Shown: positions 26,487-37,226, numbered from the stretch's first letter. The stretch is DNA of 64,000 nucleotides from Terrimicrobiaceae bacterium (GCA_041752695.1 JBGSVZ010000068.1:1-64000), one strand, 5' to 3'. The notes: generated from the sequence alone by a model not told the origin. Made by a program: numbers and translations.

Positions 26487-28346
26487 ATGGTTCCTTCCCC
26501 TCGCCGATTTCCTGCCGTCCTCTTCCTGATGCTGATGGGGACCGCCCTTTGGTCTTCATGGGGCGCGCCCCCTGCGGGTTACACCCTGGAATGGGAGGAA
26601 AACTTCGACGGACTTGCCCTCGATACCACAAAATGGAGCCATCGACAGCTCGGACCGCGCAGGGATGGAGTCAATGTCGCCGAAGCCGTTACCCTGACCG
26701 GAGCGGGCACATTGAAAATCACCACCAGCAAGGTGGGAACCGAGTATCACACCGGCATGATCGGCACCCAGGGGAAGTTCGAGCGGGCCTTTGGCTATTG
26801 GGAAGCCCGGATTAAACTCCAGGATCAGCAGGGCCATTGGTCTGCGTTCTGGTTGCAGTCGCCGACCATCGGAAGGCCGCTCGGCAACACGCAGGTCGCC
26901 GGAACCGAGGTGGATGTCGTGGAATACCACAGCAACTGGGGCGATGGACTGCAGAACACTCTCCATTGGGACGGTTATGGATCCGACCACAAATATGTCG
27001 CCGGATCCGCAAACATCCCGGGATTACACGATGGATTCCATACCTTCGCAGTGTTGTGGACACCCGATGAGTATATTTTCTACACCGATGGGATCGAAAC
27101 ATGGCGGACCTCCACCGCACTTTCCCACAGGACCCAGTATGCCATTCTGAGCCTGGAAGTTGGAACATGGTCGGGGAACATCGCCAACGCGACGCTACCT
27201 GATTCCATGGAAGTGGATTATGTCCGCTGGTACGCCCCGCCTGTCGAGCCAGCCCCCCCTCCTCCCGGTGTGATTGAAGATCCAGCCACGGCTGCCGGAA
27301 CAGGTGATGTCATCGACCCGGTGGGCAGCGAAAGCGTCGATCAGTTTTTCGGTACTCCGCCCGAAACGCTTGAGGCACGGAGCGATCTGCGGGTGTTGCA
27401 GGATTTCACTTTCTTCACCGCCTCCACTGCTGGTGACAACTTGGTCAGGTTCACCGACACCACCATGCCCGACATTCAGTTCCAGTTCAGCGGCGACTTT
27501 AGCACGACCCAGGCAGGAGCGGGCGCAACCAGCGCCCTTTTTTCCACCTCGGGAAGTTCCTATCTCACGCAGAGAAACACGACGGCGGGCACCTCCACCC
27601 TTACCCTTACATTCGGCACCTGGAGCGGAACCGCGTTTACCGGTAATCAATCCGTTCGAGCCGCTGGCTTTACCATGTCTCAAGTGTATGCGACCAAGTC
27701 CGGGGTGGTGATTTTCCGGGACTCCTCTGGAACAGCGATCCCGGGGGCTACCTTCTCTTACTCCGGTTTGAGTGATGGGGATGGCTCGGGCAATCACCGG
27801 GATATCTCGTTCGGCTGGGACTCCTTCGCTCAATCCACCGTCTCGATAGGATCCATCACCGTCACCTTCACGGACAGCGCCGCCCCATTCAGCATCGGAC
27901 TCGATGATTTCGCATTCACTACGGTTACCCCCGCGACATCTTCGCGTTACGCCATCTGGGCTTCCACCAATGCGTCCACCGGAGGCACGGACGGTGACTT
28001 CGACAACGACGGCGTCGCCAATGCCGTCGAATTTGTGCTCGGCGGCGACAAGGACACCAACGACAGCGAAAAACTCCCCGCCCTGACAACTTCCGGCACC
28101 GATATCATCTTCACCTTCGTTCGCGACCGGGCTTCGATCGATCCTAGCGTCAGCGTTGCGATAGAGGTCGGCACTGACCTGGACAACTGGCCGCTTGTTC
28201 ACTCCGTGGGTGCGGATACCGCAAGCTCAAGTGCTGGTGTCACTGTCATCGACAACGGCGACAATACCGACACCATCACCCTCGCCATCCCACGGGAGTT
28301 TAATCCCAGGAAATTCGCCCGCCTTAAGGTTGGCATCTCCCCATGA
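26487..28346 (+). CDS. GH16 glycoside hydrolase with verrucomicrobial C-terminal domain
   Basis: WEENFDG, GYWEARIK, HWSAFWL, catalytic EVDVVE, FHTFAVLWTP and MEVDYVRWY. C-terminal DFDNDGVANAVEFVLG...FARLKV. Confidence 0.92.
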   Translation: MVPSPRRFPAVLFLMLMGTALWSSWGAPPAGYTLEWEENFDGLALDTTKWSHRQLGPRRDGVNVAEAVTLTGAGTLKITTSKVGTEYHTGMIGTQGKFERAFGYWEARIKLQDQQGHWSAFWLQSPTIGRPLGNTQVAGTEVDVVEYHSNWGDGLQNTLHWDGYGSDHKYVAGSANIPGLHDGFHTFAVLWTPDEYIFYTDGIETWRTSTALSHRTQYAILSLEVGTWSGNIANATLPDSMEVDYVRWYAPPVEPAPPPPGVIEDPATAAGTGDVIDPVGSESVDQFFGTPPETLEARSDLRVLQDFTFFTASTAGDNLVRFTDTTMPDIQFQFSGDFSTTQAGAGATSALFSTSGSSYLTQRNTTAGTSTLTLTFGTWSGTAFTGNQSVRAAGFTMSQVYATKSGVVIFRDSSGTAIPGATFSYSGLSDGDGSGNHRDISFGWDSFAQSTVSIGSITVTFTDSAAPFSIGLDDFAFTTVTPATSSRYAIWASTNASTGGTDGDFDNDGVANAVEFVLGGDKDTNDSEKLPALTTSGTDIIFTFVRDRASIDPSVSVAIEVGTDLDNWPLVHSVGADTASSSAGVTVIDNGDNTDTITLAIPREFNPRKFARLKVGISP

Positions 28347-28487
28347 TGATGGCACGGAAGAGGGGAAATCACGGATGGCGGGGATGACCTGGCCCCATGG
28401 CCGAACGACTTACTCCAGACAGGTCGGCTGTCGCGGGGGGATGCATGGTCAAGCCAGATTCTGATACGGATGCGGCTGCTCCAAATG

Positions 28488-29274
28488 GTGGGGATGTTTA
28501 CTGGCACCTTGAAGCGGGACTACGGGGATGTTTATCGAATGAACAGTGGGGGTTCAACACCTACTTCCAGTTTGTATTTGGCGTTGGGAGGGATTTCGCC
28601 AAGTCGGCCGACATGTCCACCGCCTATGCAATGCTCTCACCCTACCGGCCGACGGCCAGTTTTTCCGCCTCGCCTTCTTGGCGGGAATAGCTATTTCTGG
28701 CGATCGGAAGTAGCAATTTGCAGATACCGGTGCGGCGTGGACCGCTGTGCAGACCGTCGGGCTGGAAGGATTTTCCTCCGTGACCGCTGACGAAAAGAAA
28801 AAAAAGGATTTTCCAGACACCGCGTTCTTCTCGGCAACGCGGACGGGAACTAGCGCGGGGGGATTTGCGCTGCTCGTGGCGGAGAAAGGTGACTAGCCTT
28901 CGTTTTGAACGTGTAAAGACGCGGTGAAGACCAAGGCCCGCGTGGATAGAAAACGCCTCGCCGAAAAATCCGTCAGGCTCACCGCCCAAGACGACACGTT
29001 TGTGGAGGTCCGTCTCGTCGAGGGCTCCCTCCCGGAAATCAACCGCAACGGTGAGGTTCGGGACTGGAGCGATCCTCAAAACTGGAAACTCTGGCAGACC
29101 GTTAACGGCGACCTGGTTTCACTGGGATGGAAAGAAGGAACTCTTCGCCTGGCTTGCGAGGGCAAGACCTACACCGGATCATTTGCGATCGAAGGATGGG
29201 AGAAATCGGATGTCTCACCCAAAGATCTCGAGACGAGCAAGAACTTGAAATCGAAGGCCGGGTTCAGCAACTGA
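28488..29274 (+). pseudogene. Decayed paralog of the 3' half of gene 24414-26423
   Basis: 28490-28645 aligns to about 25305-25465 and 28644-29274 aligns to 25793-26423. It carries frameshifts, an internal deletion and stops TAG 28894 and TGA 28906. Confidence 0.9.
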
Positions 29275-29366
29275 ATTGACGTGCAGTTCACGGATCGCAA
29301 TTTCGGACAATCTCCGCGTGATCCGGCATTGTGCGATCGGCTGGATGCGGATCTGATGGTTGTCCC

Positions 29367-30854
29367 ATGCCTGCCAAAAAAATCACATTCATCGGCGCCG
29401 GAAGTATCGGCTTCACTCGGCGGCTTCTGGCGGATCTGCTGACGGTTCCCGAGTTGCGCGGATTCGAGTTCGCGTTCACCGACATTAACTCTCGGAATCT
29501 CAGCATGGTCGAGCAACTCTGCCAGCGGGACATCCGGGAAAGCGGGCTTTCTATTAGGCTCACCGCGACCACGGACCGGCGGAAAGCATTGCGCGATGCG
29601 AGCTATGTTTTTTGTGTCGTCCGCATCGGCGGCCTTGAAGTGTTCCAGACCGACATCGACATCCCCCTGAAATACGGCGTTGATCAATGCGTGGGTGACA
29701 CACTTTGCGCAGGCGGGATCATGTATGCCCAGCGCGGCATTGCGGCCCTCCTCGATTTTTGCAGGGATATTCGCGAAGTAGCGGCGCCGGGGTGCAGGCT
29801 TTTCAACTACGCCAATCCGATGGCGATGATGACATGGGCGTGCAACAAGTATGGCGGCGTCCCCACCGTGGGTCTGTGCCACGGCGTCGAGGGCGGGCAC
29901 TGGCAGATCAGCCAGGCATTTGGATTCAAGGACAAAACAGAGGTGGACATTATCTGCGCCGGCATCAACCACCAGACGTGGTACATCTCGGTCAAACACA
30001 AAGGCCGCGATCTGACGGGCAAGGTGCTTGAGGCGTTCGAAAAGCACCCAGAATACCCCCGGACGGAAAAGGTGAGGATCGATATGATGCGACGGTTCGG
30101 GCACTATTCCACGGAGTCGAACGGCCATCTCAGCGAATATGTCCCGTGGTATCGGAAAAACCCGGAGGAGATCAGGAAATGGATCGATCTCGACCATTGG
30201 ATTTGCGGGGAGACTGGCGGTTATCTCCGGGTCTGCACGGAGGGACGGTCTTGGTTCGAAACCGATTTCCCGAATTGGATGAAGGCTCCGGCGCTGGAGT
30301 TCAAACCGGAGACGCGCAGCGGAGAACACGGCTCCTACATCATCGAAGGTCTAGAAACCGGTCGTACTTATCGCGGGCATTTCAATGTGGTGAACCGCGG
30401 TTGCATCACCAACCTACCCGAGGACGCAATCATTGAGGCGCCTGGTTACGTTGACGCCAATGGAATCAACATGCCGATCGTGGGTGACCTGCCGCTCGGG
30501 TGTGCGGCAGTCTGCAACGCTAGCATCAGCGTCCAGCGGCTAGCGGTTGAAGCGGCGGTCCATGGCGACGACACGCTCCTGCGGCAGGCGATGCTCATGG
30601 ATCCGCTCACTGGGGCGCTCTGCACGCCTCCGCAGATCTGGCAGATGGTGGACGAGATGCTCGTTGCCCAGGCGGCATGGCTTCCGCAATACAAGGCGGC
30701 CATCCGCGCGGCCAAACGCCGACTCGACCGGGGCCCGCTGCTTCCGACGCTCAAAAACAACCGGGGTGCCGCCCGCCTGAAAACCAAGTCTGTCGCGCAG
30801 ATGCGCAAAGACAAGGTGGCTGCGTCGGCGAATGCCGCGGCTGCGGCCAAGTAA
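29367..30854 (+). CDS. melA: GH4 alpha-galactosidase/alpha-glucosidase
   Basis: KITFIGAGSIGF, DIDIPLKYGVDQCVGDT, NYANPM, GLCHGV, AGINHQTW and STESNGHLSEY. Confidence 0.93.
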   Translation: MPAKKITFIGAGSIGFTRRLLADLLTVPELRGFEFAFTDINSRNLSMVEQLCQRDIRESGLSIRLTATTDRRKALRDASYVFCVVRIGGLEVFQTDIDIPLKYGVDQCVGDTLCAGGIMYAQRGIAALLDFCRDIREVAAPGCRLFNYANPMAMMTWACNKYGGVPTVGLCHGVEGGHWQISQAFGFKDKTEVDIICAGINHQTWYISVKHKGRDLTGKVLEAFEKHPEYPRTEKVRIDMMRRFGHYSTESNGHLSEYVPWYRKNPEEIRKWIDLDHWICGETGGYLRVCTEGRSWFETDFPNWMKAPALEFKPETRSGEHGSYIIEGLETGRTYRGHFNVVNRGCITNLPEDAIIEAPGYVDANGINMPIVGDLPLGCAAVCNASISVQRLAVEAAVHGDDTLLRQAMLMDPLTGALCTPPQIWQMVDEMLVAQAAWLPQYKAAIRAAKRRLDRGPLLPTLKNNRGAARLKTKSVAQMRKDKVAASANAAAAAK

Positions 30855-30880
30855 GATTCACCCGCCTTCCACCAGCAACA

Positions 30881-32977
30881 ATGCCCAATACGTCCGAGTC
30901 TCTTTTTTTCAATGCGCAACATTCCCCGGTGGGAGCCTTTGCGTCATTCACGCTGGGTTTTCCCGGTCAGAAAGGCGGGCTGGGAATGGAACTGGGCGGA
31001 CCCTCGGATGAGAACGTTTACGTTGGGATGGAAACGCGGGCGGGAGGCACCTTCGAGGCCCTGCCCTTCTTTGCCGGTGGGGAGGACGAGAGCCGCCGCT
31101 ACGATGTCTCGGCGGCAGACGGCGTCGCAAAACAGGTGCTTCGCTCATTTTCCAGGAAGGGCGTTGTCCGGAAATTCGCGGCCTGCACGGACACCTGGCA
31201 GGTCGGGGATCTTTCGTTCTCCATCTACTCCCCGGCGAAGCCCGTTCCTGATCCAGATGGCGGATCGAAGTCTGCGATGATGGCGGCGCTTGTGCCCGCA
31301 ATCTTCGCCGAGATTACGGCAGACAACACCCTAGGGAAAAAGCCGCGTAAGGTTTTTTTCGGATACCAAGGCAATGACAGGCGCTCGGCGATGCGACGCC
31401 TCGATGACGTCTCTCGCGGCTCCTTTACGGGTATCGGGCAGGGATTGACCACGGCGATTGTTTCCGACACGCCCGGCGTCTATTCCGGGTTGGGGTTTAC
31501 GGCCGAGAAATGCCTGGTGCCCGATCATGCCGAAAATCTCGTTTTCGGACTCGGCGGGGTGGGACTTTTGATGGCCGTTGTCCCGGCGGGGAAAAAGCAG
31601 ACCTTCCGGTTTGCCATTTGCTTTCATCATGCGGGCATCGTCACCAGCGGGATGCCAGCTTCGTATTTCTACACACGGTTTTTTCCCGACATCGAAAGTG
31701 TCGCACGATTTGCCCTTAAAAACCTGCCGGAGCAGAAACGACTTGCCATGGATTTCGACAGACGGATGGCCAAGTCCAAGCTCTCCGCCGACCGCCATTT
31801 CCAGCTCAGCCACGCCATTCGTAGTTACTACGGGAGCACCGAATTCCTGGAGAGTGAAGGCACGCCGTTTTGGGTGGTGAATGAAGGTGAATATCGGATG
31901 ATGAACACCTTCGATCTCACTGTGGATCATCTCTTTTTCGAGATGGCACAGAACCCGTGGGCCGTCCGCAATCAACTCGACTGGTTCGTCGATCGCTTTT
32001 CTTATCAGGACAAGGTCCGTCTTCCAGGCGACGCGCGGGAGTATCCGGGTGGCCTGAGCTTTTCTCACGACATGGGGATCGCCAACCATGTGTCGCGGCC
32101 GGGATTTTCCACTTACGAACTTTTTGCTCTTGGTGGCTGTTTCTCGCACATGACGCATGAGCAGCTGGTAAACTGGGTCCTCTGCGGGGTGACTTACACG
32201 CTCACAACCAGCGACGAAAAGTGGCTCAGGGCGAAGCTGCCGGTCTTTCGGGCTTGTCTGAAGAGTCTTGTTGCCCGCGACCATCCTGACCCGAAAAAGC
32301 GCGATGGGGTCATGAGCGCGGATTCCTCCCGATGTCTCGGCGGAGCCGAGATCACCACCTATGACAGTCTTGATATCTCGCTAGGCCAAGCCCGCAACAA
32401 CCTTTACCTCGCCGTAAAGACATGGGCTGCCTACGTCGGATTGCGGGCGGTCTTCGCACTGACAGAAAGCGCTGCTTTCGCGCGGAACGCCGGTGCCCAG
32501 GCTGCCCTCTGCGCAGGGACAATCGTTTCCCACATGCGATCGGACGGATTTATTCCGGCCGTGATGGGTGAGGACAACGAGTCGCGCATCATTCCCGCCA
32601 TCGAAGGATTGGTTTTTCCCAGGATCTGGGGGATGGACCATTCCGTTAGCGTAGAGGGAGAATTTGGTGCGCTGATCGGTGCCTTGACCCGGCACCTCCG
32701 GACCGTGCTCGTGCTGGGCACATGTCTCTTTGCGGACGGGACATGGAAGCTCAGTTCCACCAATGACAATTCCTGGCTGAGCAAGATCTACCTTTGTCAG
32801 TTCGTGGCGGAAAAAATTCTCGGTTTCGACCCATCCGCCGCGGCAGACGCTGGCCACAGTCGGTGGTTGTTGGATTCAGAAAACGCGTATTTCGCCTGGA
32901 GCGATCAGATGGTGAAAGGCAAAGCGTGTGGCAGCAAATACTATCCGAGGGGCGTCACCGCATGGCTGTGGCTCTGA
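30881..32977 (+). CDS. GH52 beta-xylosidase
   Basis: FFNAQHSPVGAFASFTLG, VVNEGEYRMMNTFDLTVD, EITTYDSLD and SKYYPRGVT. Confidence 0.93.
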   Translation: MPNTSESLFFNAQHSPVGAFASFTLGFPGQKGGLGMELGGPSDENVYVGMETRAGGTFEALPFFAGGEDESRRYDVSAADGVAKQVLRSFSRKGVVRKFAACTDTWQVGDLSFSIYSPAKPVPDPDGGSKSAMMAALVPAIFAEITADNTLGKKPRKVFFGYQGNDRRSAMRRLDDVSRGSFTGIGQGLTTAIVSDTPGVYSGLGFTAEKCLVPDHAENLVFGLGGVGLLMAVVPAGKKQTFRFAICFHHAGIVTSGMPASYFYTRFFPDIESVARFALKNLPEQKRLAMDFDRRMAKSKLSADRHFQLSHAIRSYYGSTEFLESEGTPFWVVNEGEYRMMNTFDLTVDHLFFEMAQNPWAVRNQLDWFVDRFSYQDKVRLPGDAREYPGGLSFSHDMGIANHVSRPGFSTYELFALGGCFSHMTHEQLVNWVLCGVTYTLTTSDEKWLRAKLPVFRACLKSLVARDHPDPKKRDGVMSADSSRCLGGAEITTYDSLDISLGQARNNLYLAVKTWAAYVGLRAVFALTESAAFARNAGAQAALCAGTIVSHMRSDGFIPAVMGEDNESRIIPAIEGLVFPRIWGMDHSVSVEGEFGALIGALTRHLRTVLVLGTCLFADGTWKLSSTNDNSWLSKIYLCQFVAEKILGFDPSAAADAGHSRWLLDSENAYFAWSDQMVKGKACGSKYYPRGVTAWLWL

Positions 32978-33041
32978 TCGTAGGATTGCTTTCCGGTGAT
33001 GTGCCGCAAAGCTTGGCAAAGAAAATCCCTCCTCTGATGAT

Positions 33042-36000
33042 CTAATCCGGCTGCTCTGTCAGAAGAAGTCGCAGGAAGAGTGGCGAGTCTCCGCTTGTGG
33101 GAACTGCGACGCGATATTCGATGCGATCTCCCAGATCTCGCCACGGGGAGACTTGCGACGGATCGACTCTTTGCCACGATCCGGTGGCGAGAGTCGTGCT
33201 GGCTTGCACGGCTGGCGGTGGACCTCCGAAAGTTTTTGGAACGGAGTAGTGAAATACGAGGTGTCCAACTTCCATCATCGGTAGGATGCTTAGGGACCCC
33301 TCTGCCACGTCGGGTCTGCGCGAGGAGATCCATTCGATCGCAGTGGGAACGCCATCATAGTCCGGGTCGCCTCCCCACAGGGGATCTACTGAAGGATAAG
33401 CCGCCATCCATTGAGAGAACGTCTTTGTGCCTGGCTGGGAAGCGAGCCCGGCAATCTCGACCGGAGCGAGCACTCGTTCCCAAATGCGGAGATCGTCGAT
33501 CGCCCCATCCCAAGGGCGCAGCCCGTCGGTGTTCCTGTTCCCAATGGCAGAAAAGCCGGACGTCCCGTAGGTCCCTGCGGAAGCCGATAGGGAGGCAATG
33601 GTCTGGGCCACGCCATTCAGGTAGAGGAGCGGGGCGGAGGACGACTCGGAATCGTAGGTCACAGCCAAATGAATCCAGGTGCCGAACGCGGAAAAGATGC
33701 CCGAGGTTGAACGCCAATCCCCTTTCCCTTTGACATTGAACCCGATGGCCGGGGACGCTCCCGAACAATCGATAAAGAACTGCACGTTGTCCGCACCAAG
33801 CGAGACGATGCGGGGGTAGGCCGACGTTCCGGAGGTATCCAATCGCACCCAGGCCGATATGGTGAATTGGGCGAGGACAGGGGCGAGAAACGAGGCATTG
33901 CTTCCCGGTGTGCCGGAAACGTCCATCGCTTTAACAAGGTGTCCCGGGGCAATCGTCGTCCGATCCAAGGTGGCGCTACGGTTGTTTCCGGAAAGATCCG
34001 GTGAAACTCCGCTGGTGGCGGAATCGAACGGCCAATGCGCGGCGAGCCCCGACCGGTAACTCACCGGAAAAGCCGTGCTGCCTGTGAGGACCTCGCCGCC
34101 GGTGTCAGTGAGCGACGAAGAAATGTTCAGAGTGTACTCCAAGCCCTCGTGCAATGGCTCAATATCCAAGAGCGCGGTTGTCGGAGATTCCTGTGTTACG
34201 GCATGGATCCTGATCGCAGGGCTAAGCTCATACGAAGCCGGCAGGAAGGCCTCGGCTGCCAGCGGCCTGCTGAAGGTCACCCGGATGCGGTAGGGACCGT
34301 CAGCGGATACGTCGCTCACGGAGAGCGGAACATTCGCGGCGTGGAAGATGAGGAAAAACCGTCCGCTGTAATTGCCCGCCGCCGAGTTGAGCTGGCCGCT
34401 GGGACCGGTGCTTGCCGCAGTGTCGAACTTACTTCCGTGGGCCGAGACCCCGTGCAAGAGCGAGAGCTCGCCGGCTGGCGGGGAGAAAGTGGCAAAACGC
34501 GGGTCCGCTCCCGGCGCGGGCGTCAACAATCGGAAGAACAACCCAGTCGTATCAGTCAGCATGCTGACCGTTGCACCTGTCGTCTTGACCGTTCCCCAGT
34601 AAAAATTGGAGTGGAATCCTCGAAAAATCGGGTCGGTCGTCCACGATTGTCCGGGGATGGCATTGTTCGTAGCCTTCTCCCACACCGCCAACTCGACCCC
34701 AGCGGCCCGGTTGCGCCAGACTGGCTGCGGCCCGTCGCCCAGCCAGCGAAACCCGGTGACAGTGGCGGCCGGATAGTCAAAAGTGAGACCGATGTTGGCA
34801 AAGATGCCGGTCAGTCGGAAGGCATACGAGATTTCCAAGGCCCCGGATGGGCGCATCCGATAAAGCACGCTGCTGAGATTGCCGACGTGCACCGTCTCGA
34901 CCACGGCGTCGGCACCCTCTTGCCGGGCGGAAATCGTAGAAAGGGCACTGGTGCCCGCGACGATCCTCGGGCCGTTTGTCAGCCCGGTGGAGATCCCGTC
35001 GACCGTGGCGGACTCTAAGCGTCCGGTGGATTTGTTGACCGCAACGTTCACGCCTGAGGCGTTAAGGCTCCATGACGCTCCGGCATCTGTCAACGTGGCT
35101 TGGCCCGAAGCGACCGGGAGATTGTCATTTAGCAAAGCGGTGGGAGTTCGAATTGTCCAGGTCCAGGACCTCAGTTTCTCTCCCCCGGGACCGGTTGCGA
35201 CGAGACGAAGGGCATCGCGTTGCCGCCAGTTAGCCGGAAGAGGTAAGGTGATCGTGCCGCCCGTCTGTGGTCCCATCGACGGTCCGGCGAGCGTTCCCGT
35301 GTGAACCACGTCCACGCCGTTGACACCAGTGTCGGCGAGGAGTGGAAAATCGAGAAACTCCCAACGAAAGGTGCACTGATTGAGGTTGATAAAATAATAG
35401 TCGTTGAACACGCTAATCTCGCCGTTGAACTCTTCGTTCAGAACGGGAGCCGTCGTTACCTGCACCGGTGACCAAATGTCCCGGATGGCGTCGTAGCTCG
35501 GTTCTTTCTCGTGATACGGTCCCAGGATGCCGTCTGGTGCCTGGTTGCCCGCCGTGTCGAGGATGCCGCTTTGGTCTGCGCGCACGACCCCTTCATCGGC
35601 AAACGCCCAGAGAAACCCTCCCACCCCTCTGGGAGATGCCCGCATGGCATTCCAATAATCCTGCAAGCCGGCTCCATGGCCGCCGTCATAAAGACCGTGT
35701 AAAAATTCCGTAGGCAGAAAAAGGTTAGCACCGGAGAGTTTCGCGGTGAGCTGCGCGTACGTGGGGTAGTGGGTGGTGTCGATGCCTCCCTGAACGAGAT
35801 TTCCGCCCCAGTTTGAACCCGGGTGGAGGACCGTTCGGGCCTGAGGATCATCCAGCGCGAAGTTTTCATCTACAGTTGTGTTCCAACCGCCCTCGTTGCC
35901 ATTCGCCCATAGGATGACCGAGGGGTGGTTCACGTCCCGCCGAACCATCTCCTGAACAAGGCGCGCGGCGGTGGCATTATCATATGTGACATAGGACCAG

Positions 36001-37130
36001 CCAGGGAGTTCGTCGAGCACCAGCAGGCCCTGCGCGTCACACGTGTCGAGGAAATGAGAGTCCGGGGGGTAGTGCGACATACGCACGGCGTTCATGTTCA
36101 TTCCTTTGATAAGTCTCACGTCGGCCGCGCTGAGTGCCGGGCTGGATGTGCGGCCCGAGTCGGGCCAGAAGGTGTGGCGGTTAACACCCTTCAGCCGGAT
36201 CTTCACACCGTTCAAGTAGAGCCCATCACCGGCGATCACCTGCACGGTGCGAAACCCGATCCGCTGGTTGACCGTATGGATGAGGGAGCCCGAGCGGACG
36301 AGATCGAGAGTGAGATCGTAGAGCACGGGATTTTCCATCGACCAAGGCACCACGCCGGAAAAGCTGCCCGAGAAGGCGGCAGTGGTTTGGCCCGCTGACA
36401 CGAAAATGGGGTCAAGCGTTCCGACCAAAGCGCCCCCGGGCGTTCGCAATGATCCGAGCACTTGGGCCGACGAGGCCAAGCCGTTGAGGATAATCGTCCC
36501 GGATAGGACGCCATTGTCCTGCGGGTTGAGCGCCGTTCGTTGGATCGATTCCGCCGGTCGCGCTTCCAGATAGACCGGGCGAAAAATGCCGCCGAAAATC
36601 CAATAGTCGGCCGTCCGTTCGGCCTCGTTCACCGACGCGTTGGCACTCTTTTTCGATACGGTGACCTCGATCGTGTTTGATCCGCCGTAGTGGAGCAGAG
36701 GGGAGATCGTATAGCGGAACGGGGTGAACGCCCCCTGGTGAACCAACCCGGCGGAGGTGCCGTTGATTTTCACTGCGGCATCGGTCATCACGCCGTCAAA
36801 CACGAGATCGATTCGTCGCCCGGACCACACGGCCGGCACGGTAAATGTCCGGCTATAGATTCCCTGCTCGGAGGATTGCGCGGCGAGCGATTCGTTGCCG
36901 TAGTTGTAAGACCCAAACCCTTTGATTTCCCAACACGAAGGAACCGAAATTGTGGTCCAAAAGCCGCTGTTCCGGCCCGCGGTGCAGTTGAAGTTCCATG
37001 GCACTCCATCGTCCTTCCCCACGCCGGAAAGGAACAGGGTCTCGGTCGCAGGCTGCCCTTGCCCTAAGGTCATTGCTAGCAAGAGAGTGACCAGACCGAC
37101 CAAGGGTATGGTCACGCGCAGTGATTTCAT
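33042..37130 (-). CDS. Secreted GH2 beta-galactosidase-like enzyme with Ig-like, LamG and verrucomicrobial C-terminal domains
   Basis: LKGVNRH, NAVRMSHYP, NHPSVILWANGNE, PTEFLHG and GGFLWAFAD. LamG WIHLAVTY...GAIDDLRIWERVL. Confidence 0.92.
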   Translation of the reverse strand: MKSLRVTIPLVGLVTLLLAMTLGQGQPATETLFLSGVGKDDGVPWNFNCTAGRNSGFWTTISVPSCWEIKGFGSYNYGNESLAAQSSEQGIYSRTFTVPAVWSGRRIDLVFDGVMTDAAVKINGTSAGLVHQGAFTPFRYTISPLLHYGGSNTIEVTVSKKSANASVNEAERTADYWIFGGIFRPVYLEARPAESIQRTALNPQDNGVLSGTIILNGLASSAQVLGSLRTPGGALVGTLDPIFVSAGQTTAAFSGSFSGVVPWSMENPVLYDLTLDLVRSGSLIHTVNQRIGFRTVQVIAGDGLYLNGVKIRLKGVNRHTFWPDSGRTSSPALSAADVRLIKGMNMNAVRMSHYPPDSHFLDTCDAQGLLVLDELPGWSYVTYDNATAARLVQEMVRRDVNHPSVILWANGNEGGWNTTVDENFALDDPQARTVLHPGSNWGGNLVQGGIDTTHYPTYAQLTAKLSGANLFLPTEFLHGLYDGGHGAGLQDYWNAMRASPRGVGGFLWAFADEGVVRADQSGILDTAGNQAPDGILGPYHEKEPSYDAIRDIWSPVQVTTAPVLNEEFNGEISVFNDYYFINLNQCTFRWEFLDFPLLADTGVNGVDVVHTGTLAGPSMGPQTGGTITLPLPANWRQRDALRLVATGPGGEKLRSWTWTIRTPTALLNDNLPVASGQATLTDAGASWSLNASGVNVAVNKSTGRLESATVDGISTGLTNGPRIVAGTSALSTISARQEGADAVVETVHVGNLSSVLYRMRPSGALEISYAFRLTGIFANIGLTFDYPAATVTGFRWLGDGPQPVWRNRAAGVELAVWEKATNNAIPGQSWTTDPIFRGFHSNFYWGTVKTTGATVSMLTDTTGLFFRLLTPAPGADPRFATFSPPAGELSLLHGVSAHGSKFDTAASTGPSGQLNSAAGNYSGRFFLIFHAANVPLSVSDVSADGPYRIRVTFSRPLAAEAFLPASYELSPAIRIHAVTQESPTTALLDIEPLHEGLEYTLNISSSLTDTGGEVLTGSTAFPVSYRSGLAAHWPFDSATSGVSPDLSGNNRSATLDRTTIAPGHLVKAMDVSGTPGSNASFLAPVLAQFTISAWVRLDTSGTSAYPRIVSLGADNVQFFIDCSGASPAIGFNVKGKGDWRSTSGIFSAFGTWIHLAVTYDSESSSAPLLYLNGVAQTIASLSASAGTYGTSGFSAIGNRNTDGLRPWDGAIDDLRIWERVLAPVEIAGLASQPGTKTFSQWMAAYPSVDPLWGGDPDYDGVPTAIEWISSRRPDVAEGSLSILPMMEVGHLVFHYSVPKTFGGPPPAVQASTTLATGSWQRVDPSQVSPWRDLGDRIEYRVAVPTSGDSPLFLRLLLTEQPD

Positions 37131-37163
37131 AAATGGGGGAATTCTGGAGATTTTCAGAAAGAC

Positions 37164-37200
37164 AAAACCCCCGGGTCGGGCGGAGCCGAACCGGGGGCTT
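37164..37200 (-). terminator. Rho-independent terminator after the PEP-CTERM gene
   Basis: The minus strand reads CCCCCGGTTCGG-ctccgc-CCGACCCGGGGG-TTTT, a GC-rich hairpin followed by a T tract. Confidence 0.7.
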
Positions 37201-37226
37201 AGATCATTACGTCGATGCTGCCCGAA

